A stretch of DNA of 64,000 nt. Origin: Eubacteriales bacterium (GTDB lineage Bacteria > Bacillota > Clostridia > Oscillospirales > CAG-272). The notes under the pieces were generated by a model, which ran no database searches, had not been told where the DNA came from, and saw only the letters and a list, made by a program, of their open reading frames with translations. The stretch spans positions 3,879 through 67,878 of the forward strand of contig JAZRRX010000058.1 of NCBI GenBank assembly GCA_045651165.1. Reading direction: 5' to 3'. Numbering within the stretch: position 1 is the first letter of the stretch; each line of letters opens with the position of its first letter. Both the position numbers and the translations under genes were made by a program. Positions 8,663 to 21,165 of the stretch are shown piece by piece.

Positions 8663-9834
8663 TTTCCAAGTAAAAATCTTCTTGCCGCTTCATATTCTTG
8701 TTTAGCCGCATCCGCTTTTTTGAGATTTGCAGGTGAGTTTGACTTCTTTATTGCACGAAGAAGAATATTTTTCGGTGTTTCCTCGGGGTCAATAAGCTCA
8801 AGAGCAACACATGAATAGTTGTTTGCCTCAAGTCGCTTAAGGCGGAGTGCATCGGTTGCCGCATCACAAAGCTTTTGACGAAGCATTGAATATTCCGTTA
8901 CAAAAGAAAGCTCTTTGCAGTTGATTGTGTGATTTAATTCGTGGTGGCAACAGGGAGTAGACAAAATAACCTTTGCATTTTCCTTTATTGCCTTATCAAG
9001 CACAATATCGGTTGCAATATCGCACGCGTGGAGAGAAATCACAAGGTCGGGTTTCTTTTCGCACTCATACTGAGTTATATCGGCGCAGAAAAATTTAAGA
9101 TTATCAAAGCCAATATCCGTTGCAACCTTGTTGCAATATTCAATTACGTCGGCCTTCAAATCAACGCCATACATTTTAACGTCGCGTCCCATCACGTTTT
9201 TTAGATAGTGATACACTGCAAAAGAGAGATAACTCTTTCCGCAACAGAGGTCGTAAACAACAAGTTCACCATCACTATTGAGGTTGGGATAAATATCACG
9301 AACATTTTCAACGAATTTATTTATTTGTCTATATTTCGATTGTTTTTTGTCGTGAATTCTGCCGTTTTTATCACTTACTCCAAGATATTGAAGAAAGGGG
9401 GCGTCGGGTGTGATAATATACTTTTTTTCTTGATTGTTGCCCAAAATTTCAACCTTTTGGCTGTTGCCAGAGGATATTTTTTGCATGAGATTATTTACAC
9501 CAATAAGCGTTATCTTGCCCGATTTTGATGCCTTGTATTCGCATTCACCTGCGGTTGTGATGAGATTTACTTGCATAGCAGAATCAATCAGTGCGCAAAG
9601 GGATGCTTGTGTATTTTCATCAATATATATATTTTCGTGCTTTGCCTTGTTATCTGTGTGAAAGCTCTCTGCTTGAAGGCAGAGTTTACCAGAGATATTT
9701 TTCAATGTCAAAACAGTTTTAAGTATGCTCTTATCCTTGTGCTTTGAAAAAACTACTTTTTTAAGCGCTTGATTTTCCGCAGAGCAGAGAATAGCATAGG
9801 AGAAATCTTTAATTTTTGCATCAAAATTCATCAT
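8659..9834 (-). CDS. SAM-dependent methyltransferase
   Basis: VYDLCCGKSYLSF, ISLHACDIATD, PCCHHEL, TPKNILLRA. Confidence 0.8.
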   Translation of the reverse strand: MMNFDAKIKDFSYAILCSAENQALKKVVFSKHKDKSILKTVLTLKNISGKLCLQAESFHTDNKAKHENIYIDENTQASLCALIDSAMQVNLITTAGECEYKASKSGKITLIGVNNLMQKISSGNSQKVEILGNNQEKKYIITPDAPFLQYLGVSDKNGRIHDKKQSKYRQINKFVENVRDIYPNLNSDGELVVYDLCCGKSYLSFAVYHYLKNVMGRDVKMYGVDLKADVIEYCNKVATDIGFDNLKFFCADITQYECEKKPDLVISLHACDIATDIVLDKAIKENAKVILSTPCCHHELNHTINCKELSFVTEYSMLRQKLCDAATDALRLKRLEANNYSCVALELIDPEETPKNILLRAIKKSNSPANLKKADAAKQEYEAARRFLLGK

Positions 9835-10091
9835 AATCTCGGAGGTCTCCTGTGTCTATTCATATTGAAAAGTTTTCTCATTCGTGTGGAGATTGCTTCT
9901 TTCTTTTCTGCTGTTTCTTCTGCTAAAAAAACGGGATTTAAAAAGTTTTCTCCGTCAAATTCAATATTGAAGATATCGTTGACCTTCATATCGCCCAAAA
10001 TTTCTTTGGGAATGAGATATCTTTTATCATCAAAATCAAGGCATACACCGATATTTTCTTCATATCTATCAAGAACTAATTTTAAAGTCAT
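9831..10091 (-). CDS. DUF3006-like small protein
   Basis: LVLDRYEENIGVCL...IPKEILGDMKVNDIF pattern; stop overlaps the next gene. Confidence 0.6.
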   Translation of the reverse strand: MTLKLVLDRYEENIGVCLDFDDKRYLIPKEILGDMKVNDIFNIEFDGENFLNPVFLAEETAEKKEAISTRMRKLFNMNRHRRPPRL

Positions 10092-10106
10092 AGTATTATG
10101 TCCTTT

Positions 10107-11180
10107 TTAATCAAAATATCCTTTTTTATAAAGAAGCTCAGCGATGAGTACCGCTCCGCCTGCTGCACCACGAAGTGTGTTGTGAGAAAGCCCTACGAAT
10201 TTATAATCGTAAACATGATCCTCACGAAGACGTCCAACGGTTACGCCCATTCCACCGTATATATCGCGATCGAGCTTTGCTTGTGGGCGATTGTCTTCTT
10301 CAAAATAAGTAATAAACTGCTTTGGAGCGTGTGGAAGTTCAAGTTCTTGAGGCTCACCACGGAAATTTGCCCAAGCGGACAAAATTTGCTCTTTTGTGGG
10401 GTTGTTTCTAAATTTTACAAACACGGCAGCAGTGTGTCCGTCAGTTACGGGAACTCTAATGCACTGTGTTGTAATAACGGGAGCTTTTGCTTTTACAATC
10501 TCTCCGTTTTCAATATTTCCCCAAACTTTTAGGGGTTCTTGTTCACTTTTTTCTTCCTCACCACCGATATAAGGAATGACGTTGTCAACCATTTCTTCCC
10601 ATTCGGCAAAGGTTTTTCCAGCACCCGAGATTGCCTGATAAGTTGTGGCAACTATTTCATAGGGTTCGAACTGAAGAAGGGGAGTGAGAGCGGGAACATA
10701 GGACTGAATTGAGCAATTTGGTTTTACTGCGATAAAGCCACGCTTTGTTCCAAGACGAGTTTTTTGCGCCTCAATAATTGCAAGATGCTCGGGGTTTACT
10801 TCGGGAATAACCATAGGAACATCTGGTGTAAAGCGATTAGCCGAGTTGTTTGAAACTACGGGGATTTCTGCTTTCGCATACGCTTCTTCAAGCGCCTTTA
10901 CTTCGTCCTTTTTCATATCAACTGCGCAGAAAACAAAATCAACAAGTGGTGCGATTTCGTTTATTTTTTGCGCGTCAATTATAGTAATATTTTTATATTC
11001 CTCAGGGATGGGAGTGCTCATCTTCCAACGAGAGCCAACTGCCTCTACATAGGTTTTTCCTGCACTTCTCGAAGAAGCGGCAAGAACAGTTACCTCAAAA
11101 TAGGGATGATTTTCAAGTAATGTAAGAAATCTTTGACCGACCATGCCGGTAGCACCTACGATACCAACTCTTTTTTTCAT
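10107..11180 (-). CDS. asd: Aspartate-semialdehyde dehydrogenase
   Basis: VGIVGATGMVGQRF, catalytic KPNCS, TYQAISGAG, SHNTLRGAAGGA. Confidence 0.95.
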   Translation of the reverse strand: MKKRVGIVGATGMVGQRFLTLLENHPYFEVTVLAASSRSAGKTYVEAVGSRWKMSTPIPEEYKNITIIDAQKINEIAPLVDFVFCAVDMKKDEVKALEEAYAKAEIPVVSNNSANRFTPDVPMVIPEVNPEHLAIIEAQKTRLGTKRGFIAVKPNCSIQSYVPALTPLLQFEPYEIVATTYQAISGAGKTFAEWEEMVDNVIPYIGGEEEKSEQEPLKVWGNIENGEIVKAKAPVITTQCIRVPVTDGHTAAVFVKFRNNPTKEQILSAWANFRGEPQELELPHAPKQFITYFEEDNRPQAKLDRDIYGGMGVTVGRLREDHVYDYKFVGLSHNTLRGAAGGAVLIAELLYKKGYFD

Positions 11181-11192
11181 AAGATTTATCTC

Positions 11193-12074
11193 CTAATTAC
11201 AGATTTCTTTATAAATTACGTTTTTGTGAACTCCACGATCCTTGGCGCAAGATTTAATTGCATCCATTTTTGAAAGACCGTTTGAAATATAGAAATTCAC
11301 ATGTTCTTCTATGTTCATATTTTCAAAGAAGTTTTCTTTTTGTGCTTTTTTGTTGCTTCCTTCAACTATAAGAACATACTCACCTCTTGGAGCATTATTC
11401 TCATAGTATTCGACAGCACTCTTTAGTGTTAAGCGCAGAACTTCTTCATTTTTCTTTGTGAGTTCTCGGCAAAGAGAAATTTTTCTATCTTCACCAAAGG
11501 TGTTTTTCATATCTTCAAGGGTTGCCTTAAGTTTGTGTGGAGCCTCGTGGAAAATCATTGTGCGCTTTTCGTTTTCAAGCTCCAAAAGACGCTCACGACG
11601 CTCACCCTTGTTGGCAGAGAGAAATCCTTCAAAGCAGAATCTACCGGTGGGGAGTCCTGAAAGCGTAAGTGCAACGATACCTGCGCACGCACCGGGGATT
11701 GAGGTAACAGGAATATTTTGTTCTGCACAAAGTGCCACGATATCTTCACCGGGGTCGCTTATGGCAGGAGTGCCTGCGTCAGTAATGAGCGCACAACTTT
11801 CTCCACCTTTAAGGCGGTCGGCAATAACTTGACCGCGTTCTCTCTTGTTATGTTCAAAATAAGAAACCATCGGTTTTTGTATTCCGAGATAGGAAAGAAG
11901 CTTCATTGAGTTTCTTGTGTCCTCTGCGGCTATAAAATCGACCTCGGAGAGCACTTTTATAGCACGCTCTGAAAGATCGGCAAGGTTACCGATGGGTGTT
12001 GCCACAAGATAGAGCATACCTTTTTCGATTTTATTTTTTTCATAATCCAAATTTGTGGATTTAATGCTACTCAT
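11193..12074 (-). CDS. rsmI: 16S rRNA (cytidine1402-2'-O)-methyltransferase
   Basis: LYLVATPIGNLADLSERA, AEDTR, ITDAGTPAISDPG, CRELTK, PRGEYVL; start set to the ATG after AAGGAG. Confidence 0.93.
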   Translation of the reverse strand: MSSIKSTNLDYEKNKIEKGMLYLVATPIGNLADLSERAIKVLSEVDFIAAEDTRNSMKLLSYLGIQKPMVSYFEHNKRERGQVIADRLKGGESCALITDAGTPAISDPGEDIVALCAEQNIPVTSIPGACAGIVALTLSGLPTGRFCFEGFLSANKGERRERLLELENEKRTMIFHEAPHKLKATLEDMKNTFGEDRKISLCRELTKKNEEVLRLTLKSAVEYYENNAPRGEYVLIVEGSNKKAQKENFFENMNIEEHVNFYISNGLSKMDAIKSCAKDRGVHKNVIYKEICN

Positions 12075-12140
12075 ATTGCTCCTTTCACACAAGTTGTGTT
12101 CATACATAAAATGATATTAACGAAAATAATGGGGGTAATT

Positions 12141-12707
12141 ATGGCTATTAAAATATATATAGATCAGGGACACAATCCTTCATCACCAAACGCTGGTGCG
12201 GAAGGGAATGGATTTGTTGAGCAAGACATTACCTATGAGGTAGGACTTCGTCTTGCTGACCTGTTGCGTTCAAATGGAAATTTTGACGTTAGAGTTTCAC
12301 GTCCCACACCCGAAAGTTCGCTTGGAAATACAAATGCGAGTAGTTTACGCATTCGTGTTGATGAGGCGAATGCTTTTGGTGCAGATTATTTTGTGAGTCT
12401 GCACACCAATGCCTCAACAAATTCTGCCGTTTCAGGAAGTGAAGTGCTTGTATATGACGAGCCAAGCGTTGCAAGTGAACTTGGTGAGAATATACTTATT
12501 TGGTTGAATCGAATTACAGGACTTAGAAACCGTGGTATTGTTGAGCGTCCCGGACTTTACGTCTTACGTAAAACACAGATGCCTGCAGTTCTTGTTGAAA
12601 TGGGGTTTATTTCAAATTCGGGGGATGCTAATTTGATGAATAATAGCCCCGAGCTTTTTGCAGAGGGTATTTACAATGGAATACTGCAATACACGGGGCT
12701 ACTATAA
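12141..12707 (+). CDS. N-acetylmuramoyl-L-alanine amidase (Amidase_3, catalytic domain only)
   Basis: IYIDQGHN, E.DIT, FVSLHTNA, MPAVLVEMGFISN. Confidence 0.88.
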   Translation: MAIKIYIDQGHNPSSPNAGAEGNGFVEQDITYEVGLRLADLLRSNGNFDVRVSRPTPESSLGNTNASSLRIRVDEANAFGADYFVSLHTNASTNSAVSGSEVLVYDEPSVASELGENILIWLNRITGLRNRGIVERPGLYVLRKTQMPAVLVEMGFISNSGDANLMNNSPELFAEGIYNGILQYTGLL

Positions 12708-12720
12708 CATAATCAGTTAA

Positions 12721-14748
<2,028 letters not shown>

Positions 14749-14834
14749 TCATTTTCCTACTTAATGTAAGTTTATATATGTTTTACTAACATAATATTTT
14801 ATCATATTTTTTAATAAAAGTCAATGATTTACAT

Positions 14835-14871
14835 AATAAAACTGCCCTCAAAATGGGGGCAGTTTTATTTT
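14835..14871. terminator. Terminator after murA
   Basis: AATAAAACTGCCC / GGGCAGTTTTATT inverted repeat. Confidence 0.75.
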
Positions 14872-14887
14872 ATATATTTAATATAGA

Positions 14888-16165
14888 TTAAATAAACGCA
14901 TTCTCATCAATGTAGATTTTTGAGATATCTGCACCGAGTTCACGGAGTTTACCAACGATATCGAGGTATCCGCGCTCAATGGTGAAAATATCGGTGATTT
15001 CGGTTGTGCCCTCGGCAACAAGACCAGCTATAACGATAGCTGCGCCTGCGCGCAAGTCAACGGAGCGAACGCATGCACCATGGAGCTTTTCAACTCCCTT
15101 AAATGCTGCAAATGGCTCATTAACCATAACATTTGCACCCATTTTTTCAAGCTCATAAACATATTTGAAGCGGTTTTTCCAAATAGTTTCATAAACTGTG
15201 CTTTCACCATCTGCGATAGCTAACAATGTTGAAAACTGTGGATGCATATCGGTTGGAAAACCGGGATAGGGAAGAGTTTGAATATTGGTTGGCTTTAATT
15301 TACCCGTTGAACGCACGGTGAGAGAGTCATCGTGTGTTTCAATTTCAACGCCCATTTCAATAAGCTTGGTTGAAATAATCTCCAAGTGCTTAGGAATTAC
15401 GTTTTTGATGTTAACCTCGCCACCCGTAGCCGCCACCGCGCACATATATGAGCCAGCTTCAATCATATCGGGAATGATATCATAAACGCATCCGTGGAGC
15501 TTTTTAACGCCATTTATTTTAATAATGCCCGTACCTGCACCCTTAATATCTGCACCACAGGTGTTGAGGAAGTTTGCAAGGTCAACTATATGGGGTTCGC
15601 GTGCTGCGTTTTCGATTATGGTCTGTCCCTCTGCAAGTGTTGCCGCGAGCATAAGGTTAACTGTTGCACCAACTGACACGATATCAAAGTAAATTGAGTT
15701 GCCAACAAGACCGTCAGATGCATCTGCATAGACGTAATTTTCGTCTTGAGAAACTGTAGCACCAAGAGCTTCAAATCCCTTGATATGCATATCAATCGGA
15801 CGAGTTCCAAAATTGCATCCACCGGGGAAGGCAACCTTTGATTTGTTAAATCGAGCAAGCTCTGCGCCAAGGAGATATGTTGAACCTCTCATTTTTGAAA
15901 CGAGGTCAAAAGGAGTATCTCCACCCTCAAGTTCAGTTGTATCAATTTTAACAGTTGTATCATTCAAATATTTAATTTTTGCACCCATTGCTCGAAGAAT
16001 GTCAAATGACATAGTTATATCGCTAACTTTGGGAACATTTTCAATTATACATTTATCGGAAGTGAGGATGGTAGCAAATATTATGGGAAGAGCGGCGTTT
16101 TTCATACCATTGATATAAACGTCGCCATATAACTTGCGTCCTCCATTAATGACAATTTTTTCCAT
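14888..16165 (-). CDS. murA: UDP-N-acetylglucosamine 1-carboxyvinyltransferase
   Basis: KNAALP, PGGCNFGTRP (active-site Cys present), IPDMIEAG, PYPGFPTDM, DLRAGAA; start set to the ATG after GGAGG. Confidence 0.95.
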   Translation of the reverse strand: MEKIVINGGRKLYGDVYINGMKNAALPIIFATILTSDKCIIENVPKVSDITMSFDILRAMGAKIKYLNDTTVKIDTTELEGGDTPFDLVSKMRGSTYLLGAELARFNKSKVAFPGGCNFGTRPIDMHIKGFEALGATVSQDENYVYADASDGLVGNSIYFDIVSVGATVNLMLAATLAEGQTIIENAAREPHIVDLANFLNTCGADIKGAGTGIIKINGVKKLHGCVYDIIPDMIEAGSYMCAVAATGGEVNIKNVIPKHLEIISTKLIEMGVEIETHDDSLTVRSTGKLKPTNIQTLPYPGFPTDMHPQFSTLLAIADGESTVYETIWKNRFKYVYELEKMGANVMVNEPFAAFKGVEKLHGACVRSVDLRAGAAIVIAGLVAEGTTEITDIFTIERGYLDIVGKLRELGADISKIYIDENAFI

Positions 16166-16310
16166 ATGTAATCCTCCAAAAAGATTGGCAGTTATATTCA
16201 TTATTATCTATAACAATAGTATAACATATAACTGCCAAAAATGGAATAGTTTTTTTATGATTTGATAAATATTTTATTAAATCTTAAAAGAAATTCCTTT
16301 AATATGATAT

Positions 16311-17411
16311 TCAATTTTCTATTTCTTTGTGAAAATATGCAACTGCGAGGTCTACTACAAGTCCATAACTTCGTGAACCTTCTGTTCCGTTTGCTTGAAG
16401 ATAGGCATCGTTTATTGCGCCACTTATCTCACCCACCACGTTATCCTGATATTTTTCATAAAACTTATTATATGCAATCATCTCATATATTGCGCGATTA
16501 TCAAGCTTTTGATAGGTTTCTTCCCACAATTCTTGATTTGCACTATAAAGAGCATTGAGTACATATTCGCAGAGATTCATATATCCGCAATATTTAATAT
16601 AGGGGTCGTCTGCATTGATACAAACAAGAAAGGCGATGAAATTTGCCTCGTCCTCACGGGCGATTCCTCTCTGATGTGCAAGCTCGTGTGCGATGGTGTA
16701 GGGAATAGAGTAGTCAGGTGCATTAGTGTTAACGTTTGCTTCACCTGTAAAATAGGTATAAACTCCTGAAATATGAGTGTAAGTCATAGGTTTGCTCAAA
16801 ATAATGGGCTTAACAAATGATACAAGCTTTGGAAGAAAAGTATATTCATTACTTAATTTTTTATAGGAGTCAAGTAATAAATTGTTCGTTTTGCGTATCG
16901 TATGTGGATTTATAGATGAGCTTTTTTCTTGAAATTCAACAGCTTGGAGAGAAACGTTTACTTCATCTATCAACCATTCAGCCGTTTCGGCTAACTCCTT
17001 AGCAGTAACTTCTTTTTTGTCAAGTTCGAGCTTTTGGTCAAGTGAATAGTTGTGATATCCTGTTCCAAATATGAAAACAAATCCACTAAATAAGAGGGAG
17101 AGTATTGAAAGAATTGTGATAGTAAAAATACCGACATCGTGCCATGATGCGCTATATTTTTTTATTGCAGCTCTAATAATAAAGAACAATATTACAGGGG
17201 AGAGGATAATGAATAATTCTGCCAAAGATATTGGCAATATATTCGTCATAAGAGCCAAAGTTCCGCGCAGAGCGGATGAAATATATCTATTAAAAAAATC
17301 TGCAAATGCCGTATTTATAGTGGCTATGATATAAATAACAACGGATAAAGCCGCTATGCCGAATAAAATGTAAGCGAATTTTGGCACTTTGATTTTATTG
17401 TTTTGTTCCAT
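16311..17411 (-). CDS. DUF3810-like membrane-anchored zincin-motif protein
   Basis: Three N-terminal hydrophobic helices, GVYTYFTGEANVN, AHELAHQRGIAREDEANF. Confidence 0.75.
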   Translation of the reverse strand: MEQNNKIKVPKFAYILFGIAALSVVIYIIATINTAFADFFNRYISSALRGTLALMTNILPISLAELFIILSPVILFFIIRAAIKKYSASWHDVGIFTITILSILSLLFSGFVFIFGTGYHNYSLDQKLELDKKEVTAKELAETAEWLIDEVNVSLQAVEFQEKSSSINPHTIRKTNNLLLDSYKKLSNEYTFLPKLVSFVKPIILSKPMTYTHISGVYTYFTGEANVNTNAPDYSIPYTIAHELAHQRGIAREDEANFIAFLVCINADDPYIKYCGYMNLCEYVLNALYSANQELWEETYQKLDNRAIYEMIAYNKFYEKYQDNVVGEISGAINDAYLQANGTEGSRSYGLVVDLAVAYFHKEIEN

Positions 17412-18319
17412 TATTTGATAATATCCTTTCCAAAATATTTGTCTATAATATTTCTCATATCGGTAGGGAGAGAAGCAAAGAGCTCAATGCTTTTGTGTGT
17501 TCCGGGGTGTGAGAAACAAAGCTTATAAGCGTGTAATGCATGGCGATTTATAAGTGGAGATGGTTCTCCATAAAGGTCATCTCCAAGTATTTGCGCTCCA
17601 ATATGCGAAAAATGGACGCGCAACTGATGTGTTCTTCCTGTTATTGGGGTTGCTAAAACCAAAGAAAGACCATTTTCTTTTGCCAAGACCTTATATGAGG
17701 TTATTGCTATTTTTGAATCTTCTGTTTTTTCACAAACCTCACGCAATATAATGCTTTTTTCTTTGCGGCGAATATGAGTTTCTATGATGCCTTCATCATT
17801 GTCAAGTTCTCCTTGCAAAATTGCTATGTAGCTTTTGCTGATTTCGTCATTTTTCATTTGATTTGAGAGTTTAGAGGAAGCAAGTCGATTCTTAGCAACA
17901 AGAACTATGCCACTTGTGTTTCTATCAAGTCTATTGACAGAGCGGAACACAAAGGGACGCTCTTGCAATTTAAAATAGTATGCAAGAGAATTTGCAAGCG
18001 TATCATAAAAATGTCCTTGCGACTGATGAGTTGGCATAAAGGGTGGCTTGTTGACTGCGATTATATCGTCATCTTCATACACTATATCAGGCAAAACCAA
18101 AGAGGGAACAAGCTTTTCTTCATTATTGACAACATCATCTGAATTTATAGTTAATATATCATTTTCCTTTATCTTCGCGCGAACGGTAGCGTGCTCACCA
18201 TTAATGAGTATTCCGTCTGGACGCAATTTCAAGGAGGTTATAGCGCGTTTAGAAAATCCGAGTTCTTCTGTCAATATTTCTTTTACAGTAAGACCGACAA
18301 ATTTGTTTTTAAATTGCAT
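17411..18319 (-). CDS. RluA-family pseudouridine synthase
   Basis: VNKPPFMPTH, NRLDRNTSG (catalytic Asp), TGRTHQLRVH, GDDLYG. Confidence 0.92.
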   Translation of the reverse strand: MQFKNKFVGLTVKEILTEELGFSKRAITSLKLRPDGILINGEHATVRAKIKENDILTINSDDVVNNEEKLVPSLVLPDIVYEDDDIIAVNKPPFMPTHQSQGHFYDTLANSLAYYFKLQERPFVFRSVNRLDRNTSGIVLVAKNRLASSKLSNQMKNDEISKSYIAILQGELDNDEGIIETHIRRKEKSIILREVCEKTEDSKIAITSYKVLAKENGLSLVLATPITGRTHQLRVHFSHIGAQILGDDLYGEPSPLINRHALHAYKLCFSHPGTHKSIELFASLPTDMRNIIDKYFGKDIIK

Positions 18320-18450
18320 ATTATCCTCCTTTTTAAGTGATGAATATATTATACACTATTTTTAACACAATTACAATATTTGCTTTTGATTTGCATAAAT
18401 TTTATTTGGTAACGATATAATTTATTAAGTTATTTTTTGAGAGGGAATTT

Positions 18451-19743
18451 ATGAAAAGATTTATTACTTTTTCGTTTATCGCGATGGCTTTAGTGTTTAC
18501 AGTCATTGGGGTGGTAAGAGAGCAAAAGAATGATGCAACACTTGATGTATCAAACGCTCTTTCGGTTATAGCAAAGCAAAATGATATGGCAAAATGTGCT
18601 ATGTTGAACAACAAAATAGTGTTTTCTGCAGATGATTTTGAAAGATATCTTAACACAACTGAACTAAGTTCCATTACTATTACTAGTATTCCAGAGCTCG
18701 TGGACGGTTGCTTGTGCGTGGGAGATGTTACTGTCAATGCAGGTCAAACAATTTCGCGTGAAAATTTGAGTTTGCTAAATTACAAAGCAAATAATGAGAG
18801 TGTTACACAATCGTGCTTTAAGTTCAAAGTGAATGGTGGCTCATATGAGATGACTTGTAATCTCTATTTTTTAACTCGTGAAAATGCAGCCCCCACACTT
18901 GCTTTAGAGGATGAACGTACACTTGCTGTGAGCACTCATCAAACGATAGCTGTTTATGGGAAGATTGGTGGGTATGACGCCGATGGTGATGAATTAAGAT
19001 ATGAGGTGGTTTCCTACGCTAAAAACGGCGTACTTGACTTTGACGGAAAGAGTGGAGAATATACCTATACACCCAAAGGACTCTATTTTGGTGAGGATAG
19101 CTTTGAATATGTAGCAGTTGATAAATACGGAAACTATTCATCATCAAGAAAGGTTAGTTTTACAGTTGAAAAACTGAAAGGGGACGTGGTTTTCTGCGAT
19201 ATGCAGGGGCATAGGGATCATCATGCCGCCATGACCTTGGTTGAAGATGGCATTATGAGTGGAGTTAGCATTGGAAATAACACATATTTTATGCCCGAGA
19301 AAGCTGTGAGTAGAGTGGATTTCGTTGCTATGCTTATGAATGCCATAGGTTATGGGGATATTCAAACTGTCTTGGATACGGGATTTGATGATGACGGTGA
19401 TATTCCTGCAAGTATGAAGGGATATGTAAAAAAAGCAAGAGATTTGGGGCTTATAAGTGGTTCGGTTAATGCGAATGGAGATTACCTTTTTGAACCCAAT
19501 CGCGAAATTACAAGAGCAGAAGCGGCTCTTATCGTGAGCAAATTAGTCGATGCAGAAGTGCCCACAGTGAAGCCAATTTTCCCGGATAGAAATGATATAC
19601 CAACTTGGGCACAGGATGCAATATATGTTTTGAACAATCTTGGCATTCTTAATAGTGTTGGTGGTTCTATTTCACCAAATTCAAGCATTACACGGGCACA
19701 AGTGGCAAATATGCTTTATTCACTGATGAAATATATAGATTGA
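18451..19743 (+). CDS. Exported protein with an Ig/cadherin-like domain and C-terminal S-layer homology (SLH) repeats
   Basis: N-terminal signal; DADGDELRY...YTYTPKGLYFGEDSFEY; SLH motifs FMPEKAVSRVDF, FEPNREITRAEAA, ISPNSSITRAQVA. Confidence 0.8.
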   Translation: MKRFITFSFIAMALVFTVIGVVREQKNDATLDVSNALSVIAKQNDMAKCAMLNNKIVFSADDFERYLNTTELSSITITSIPELVDGCLCVGDVTVNAGQTISRENLSLLNYKANNESVTQSCFKFKVNGGSYEMTCNLYFLTRENAAPTLALEDERTLAVSTHQTIAVYGKIGGYDADGDELRYEVVSYAKNGVLDFDGKSGEYTYTPKGLYFGEDSFEYVAVDKYGNYSSSRKVSFTVEKLKGDVVFCDMQGHRDHHAAMTLVEDGIMSGVSIGNNTYFMPEKAVSRVDFVAMLMNAIGYGDIQTVLDTGFDDDGDIPASMKGYVKKARDLGLISGSVNANGDYLFEPNREITRAEAALIVSKLVDAEVPTVKPIFPDRNDIPTWAQDAIYVLNNLGILNSVGGSISPNSSITRAQVANMLYSLMKYID

Positions 19744-19775
19744 CTTTGAGGTTAGAATTGTCGTTTGGAGATGGG

Positions 19776-19922
19776 ATGAAAAATTCAGAAAACAAATGGG
19801 AAAGAATTTTTCTTGTTCTAATTATTATGACATATTTTCTATGCTTTATAGTAAGTGATATATATGCCAACTATAATTTTGCCGAGTGGGTATTTACACA
19901 ATACAAAAAGCTTCCGTATTAA
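19776..19922 (+). CDS. Putative 48-aa single-pass membrane protein
   Basis: GGAG upstream, hydrophobic stretch IFLVLIIMTYFLCFIV, stop inside a terminator hairpin. Confidence 0.45.
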   Translation: MKNSENKWERIFLVLIIMTYFLCFIVSDIYANYNFAEWVFTQYKKLPY

Positions 19923-19934
19923 ACGGAAGCTTTT
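19906..19934. terminator. Bidirectional terminator
   Basis: AAAAGCTTCCGT-ATTAA-ACGGAAGCTTTT. Confidence 0.8.
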
Positions 19935-19939
19935 ATTTA

Positions 19940-21046
19940 TTATTTTGTTATATGTTTCAAATATGCATTGATAAATCCGTCGATATCGCCATCCATAACC
20001 GCTTGAATATTGCCGTTTTCGTGGCCTGTTCTTGTGTCTTTAGCAAGGGTGTAGGGCATAAATACATAAGATCTTATCTGTGAGCCCCACTCGATATTTG
20101 CTTTATTGCCTTGAATATCTTCAACTCTTTCAAGATTCTCTCTTATCTTGATTTCAAGGAGCTTGGATTTAAGCATTTTAAGAGCGGTTTCTTTGTTTTG
20201 AAGCTGGCTTCTTTCAGTCTGACAACCAACAACGATACCCGTGGGTTTGTGCAAAATACGGATAGCAGAGTCAGTTTTGTTAATATGCTGACCACCCGCA
20301 CCACTTGAACGGTGTGCAGTAATATCGAGGTCTTCCATGCGAAGTTCAATTGTGTTGTCATCTTCAAATTCGGGCATTACTTCGATTGATGCAAAGGATG
20401 TTTGACGTCTGCCGTTTGCGTCAAAGGGAGAAACTCTTACAAGACGGTGAACGCCGTTTTCACTCTTGAGGTAGCCGTATGCATTTTCACCTTCAACCAT
20501 AATTGTTGCACTCTTGATGCCTGCCGCATCACCATCAAGCCAGTCAAGGAGCTTAACTGTATAATCGTGTGCTTCTGCCCAACGAGTAATCATTCTATAA
20601 AGCATCTGTGCCCAGTCCTGCGCCTCAGTGCCACCAGCACCTGGGTGGAACGAAACGATTGCATTGTTGTGGTCATACTGACCTGAAAGAAGAATTTCAA
20701 TTCTCATTCTTTCTTCTTCCTTTTCAACAAATTCAAGTTCTGCCTTTACTTCCTCGGCATAACCTTCTTCGTTTTCTTCAATTGCCATATCGGCAAGTGC
20801 GATAGCATCCTCAAGACGCTGTGCAAGGCCATTGAATTCATCAAGCTTTTTCTTGCCCTGCTTGATTGATTGCAAAATCTTTGATGAATTGGTTTGATCG
20901 GACCAGAAATCAGGGTCGAGAGTTTTTTCTTCCATCTCGTTTACCTGCTTTGTGAGTTCTGCTATGCGAAGCGCATCGTGAAGCTCCGCTATGTCCTTTC
21001 TCATACCAATTAATTTATATTTGTATTCTTCAAGTTCGATAATCAT
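19940..21046 (-). CDS. prfB: Peptide chain release factor 2 (uninterrupted frame)
   Basis: SPF motif (RVSPFDA), GAGGQHIN, WGSQIRSYV; GGAG RBS before ATG 21046. Confidence 0.95.
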   Translation of the reverse strand: MIIELEEYKYKLIGMRKDIAELHDALRIAELTKQVNEMEEKTLDPDFWSDQTNSSKILQSIKQGKKKLDEFNGLAQRLEDAIALADMAIEENEEGYAEEVKAELEFVEKEEERMRIEILLSGQYDHNNAIVSFHPGAGGTEAQDWAQMLYRMITRWAEAHDYTVKLLDWLDGDAAGIKSATIMVEGENAYGYLKSENGVHRLVRVSPFDANGRRQTSFASIEVMPEFEDDNTIELRMEDLDITAHRSSGAGGQHINKTDSAIRILHKPTGIVVGCQTERSQLQNKETALKMLKSKLLEIKIRENLERVEDIQGNKANIEWGSQIRSYVFMPYTLAKDTRTGHENGNIQAVMDGDIDGFINAYLKHITK

Positions 21047-21125
21047 TGTATTTACTCCAATCATCACAAATTAATCCATTTTATATATTACCATATTATT
21101 GGCAATTTTTCAAGTGATATTTCAA

Positions 21126-21159
21126 AAAAACACTGACCGATTGCTCGGTCAGTGTTTTT
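21126..21159. terminator. Terminator after the response regulator
   Basis: AAAAACACTGACCGA-TTGC-TCGGTCAGTGTTTTT. Confidence 0.8.
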
Positions 21160-21165
21160 ATGTAA

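Noticed and set aside
14888-16165. Fosfomycin-resistant MurA
   Set aside because: The active-site Cys is retained (PGGCNFGTRP).
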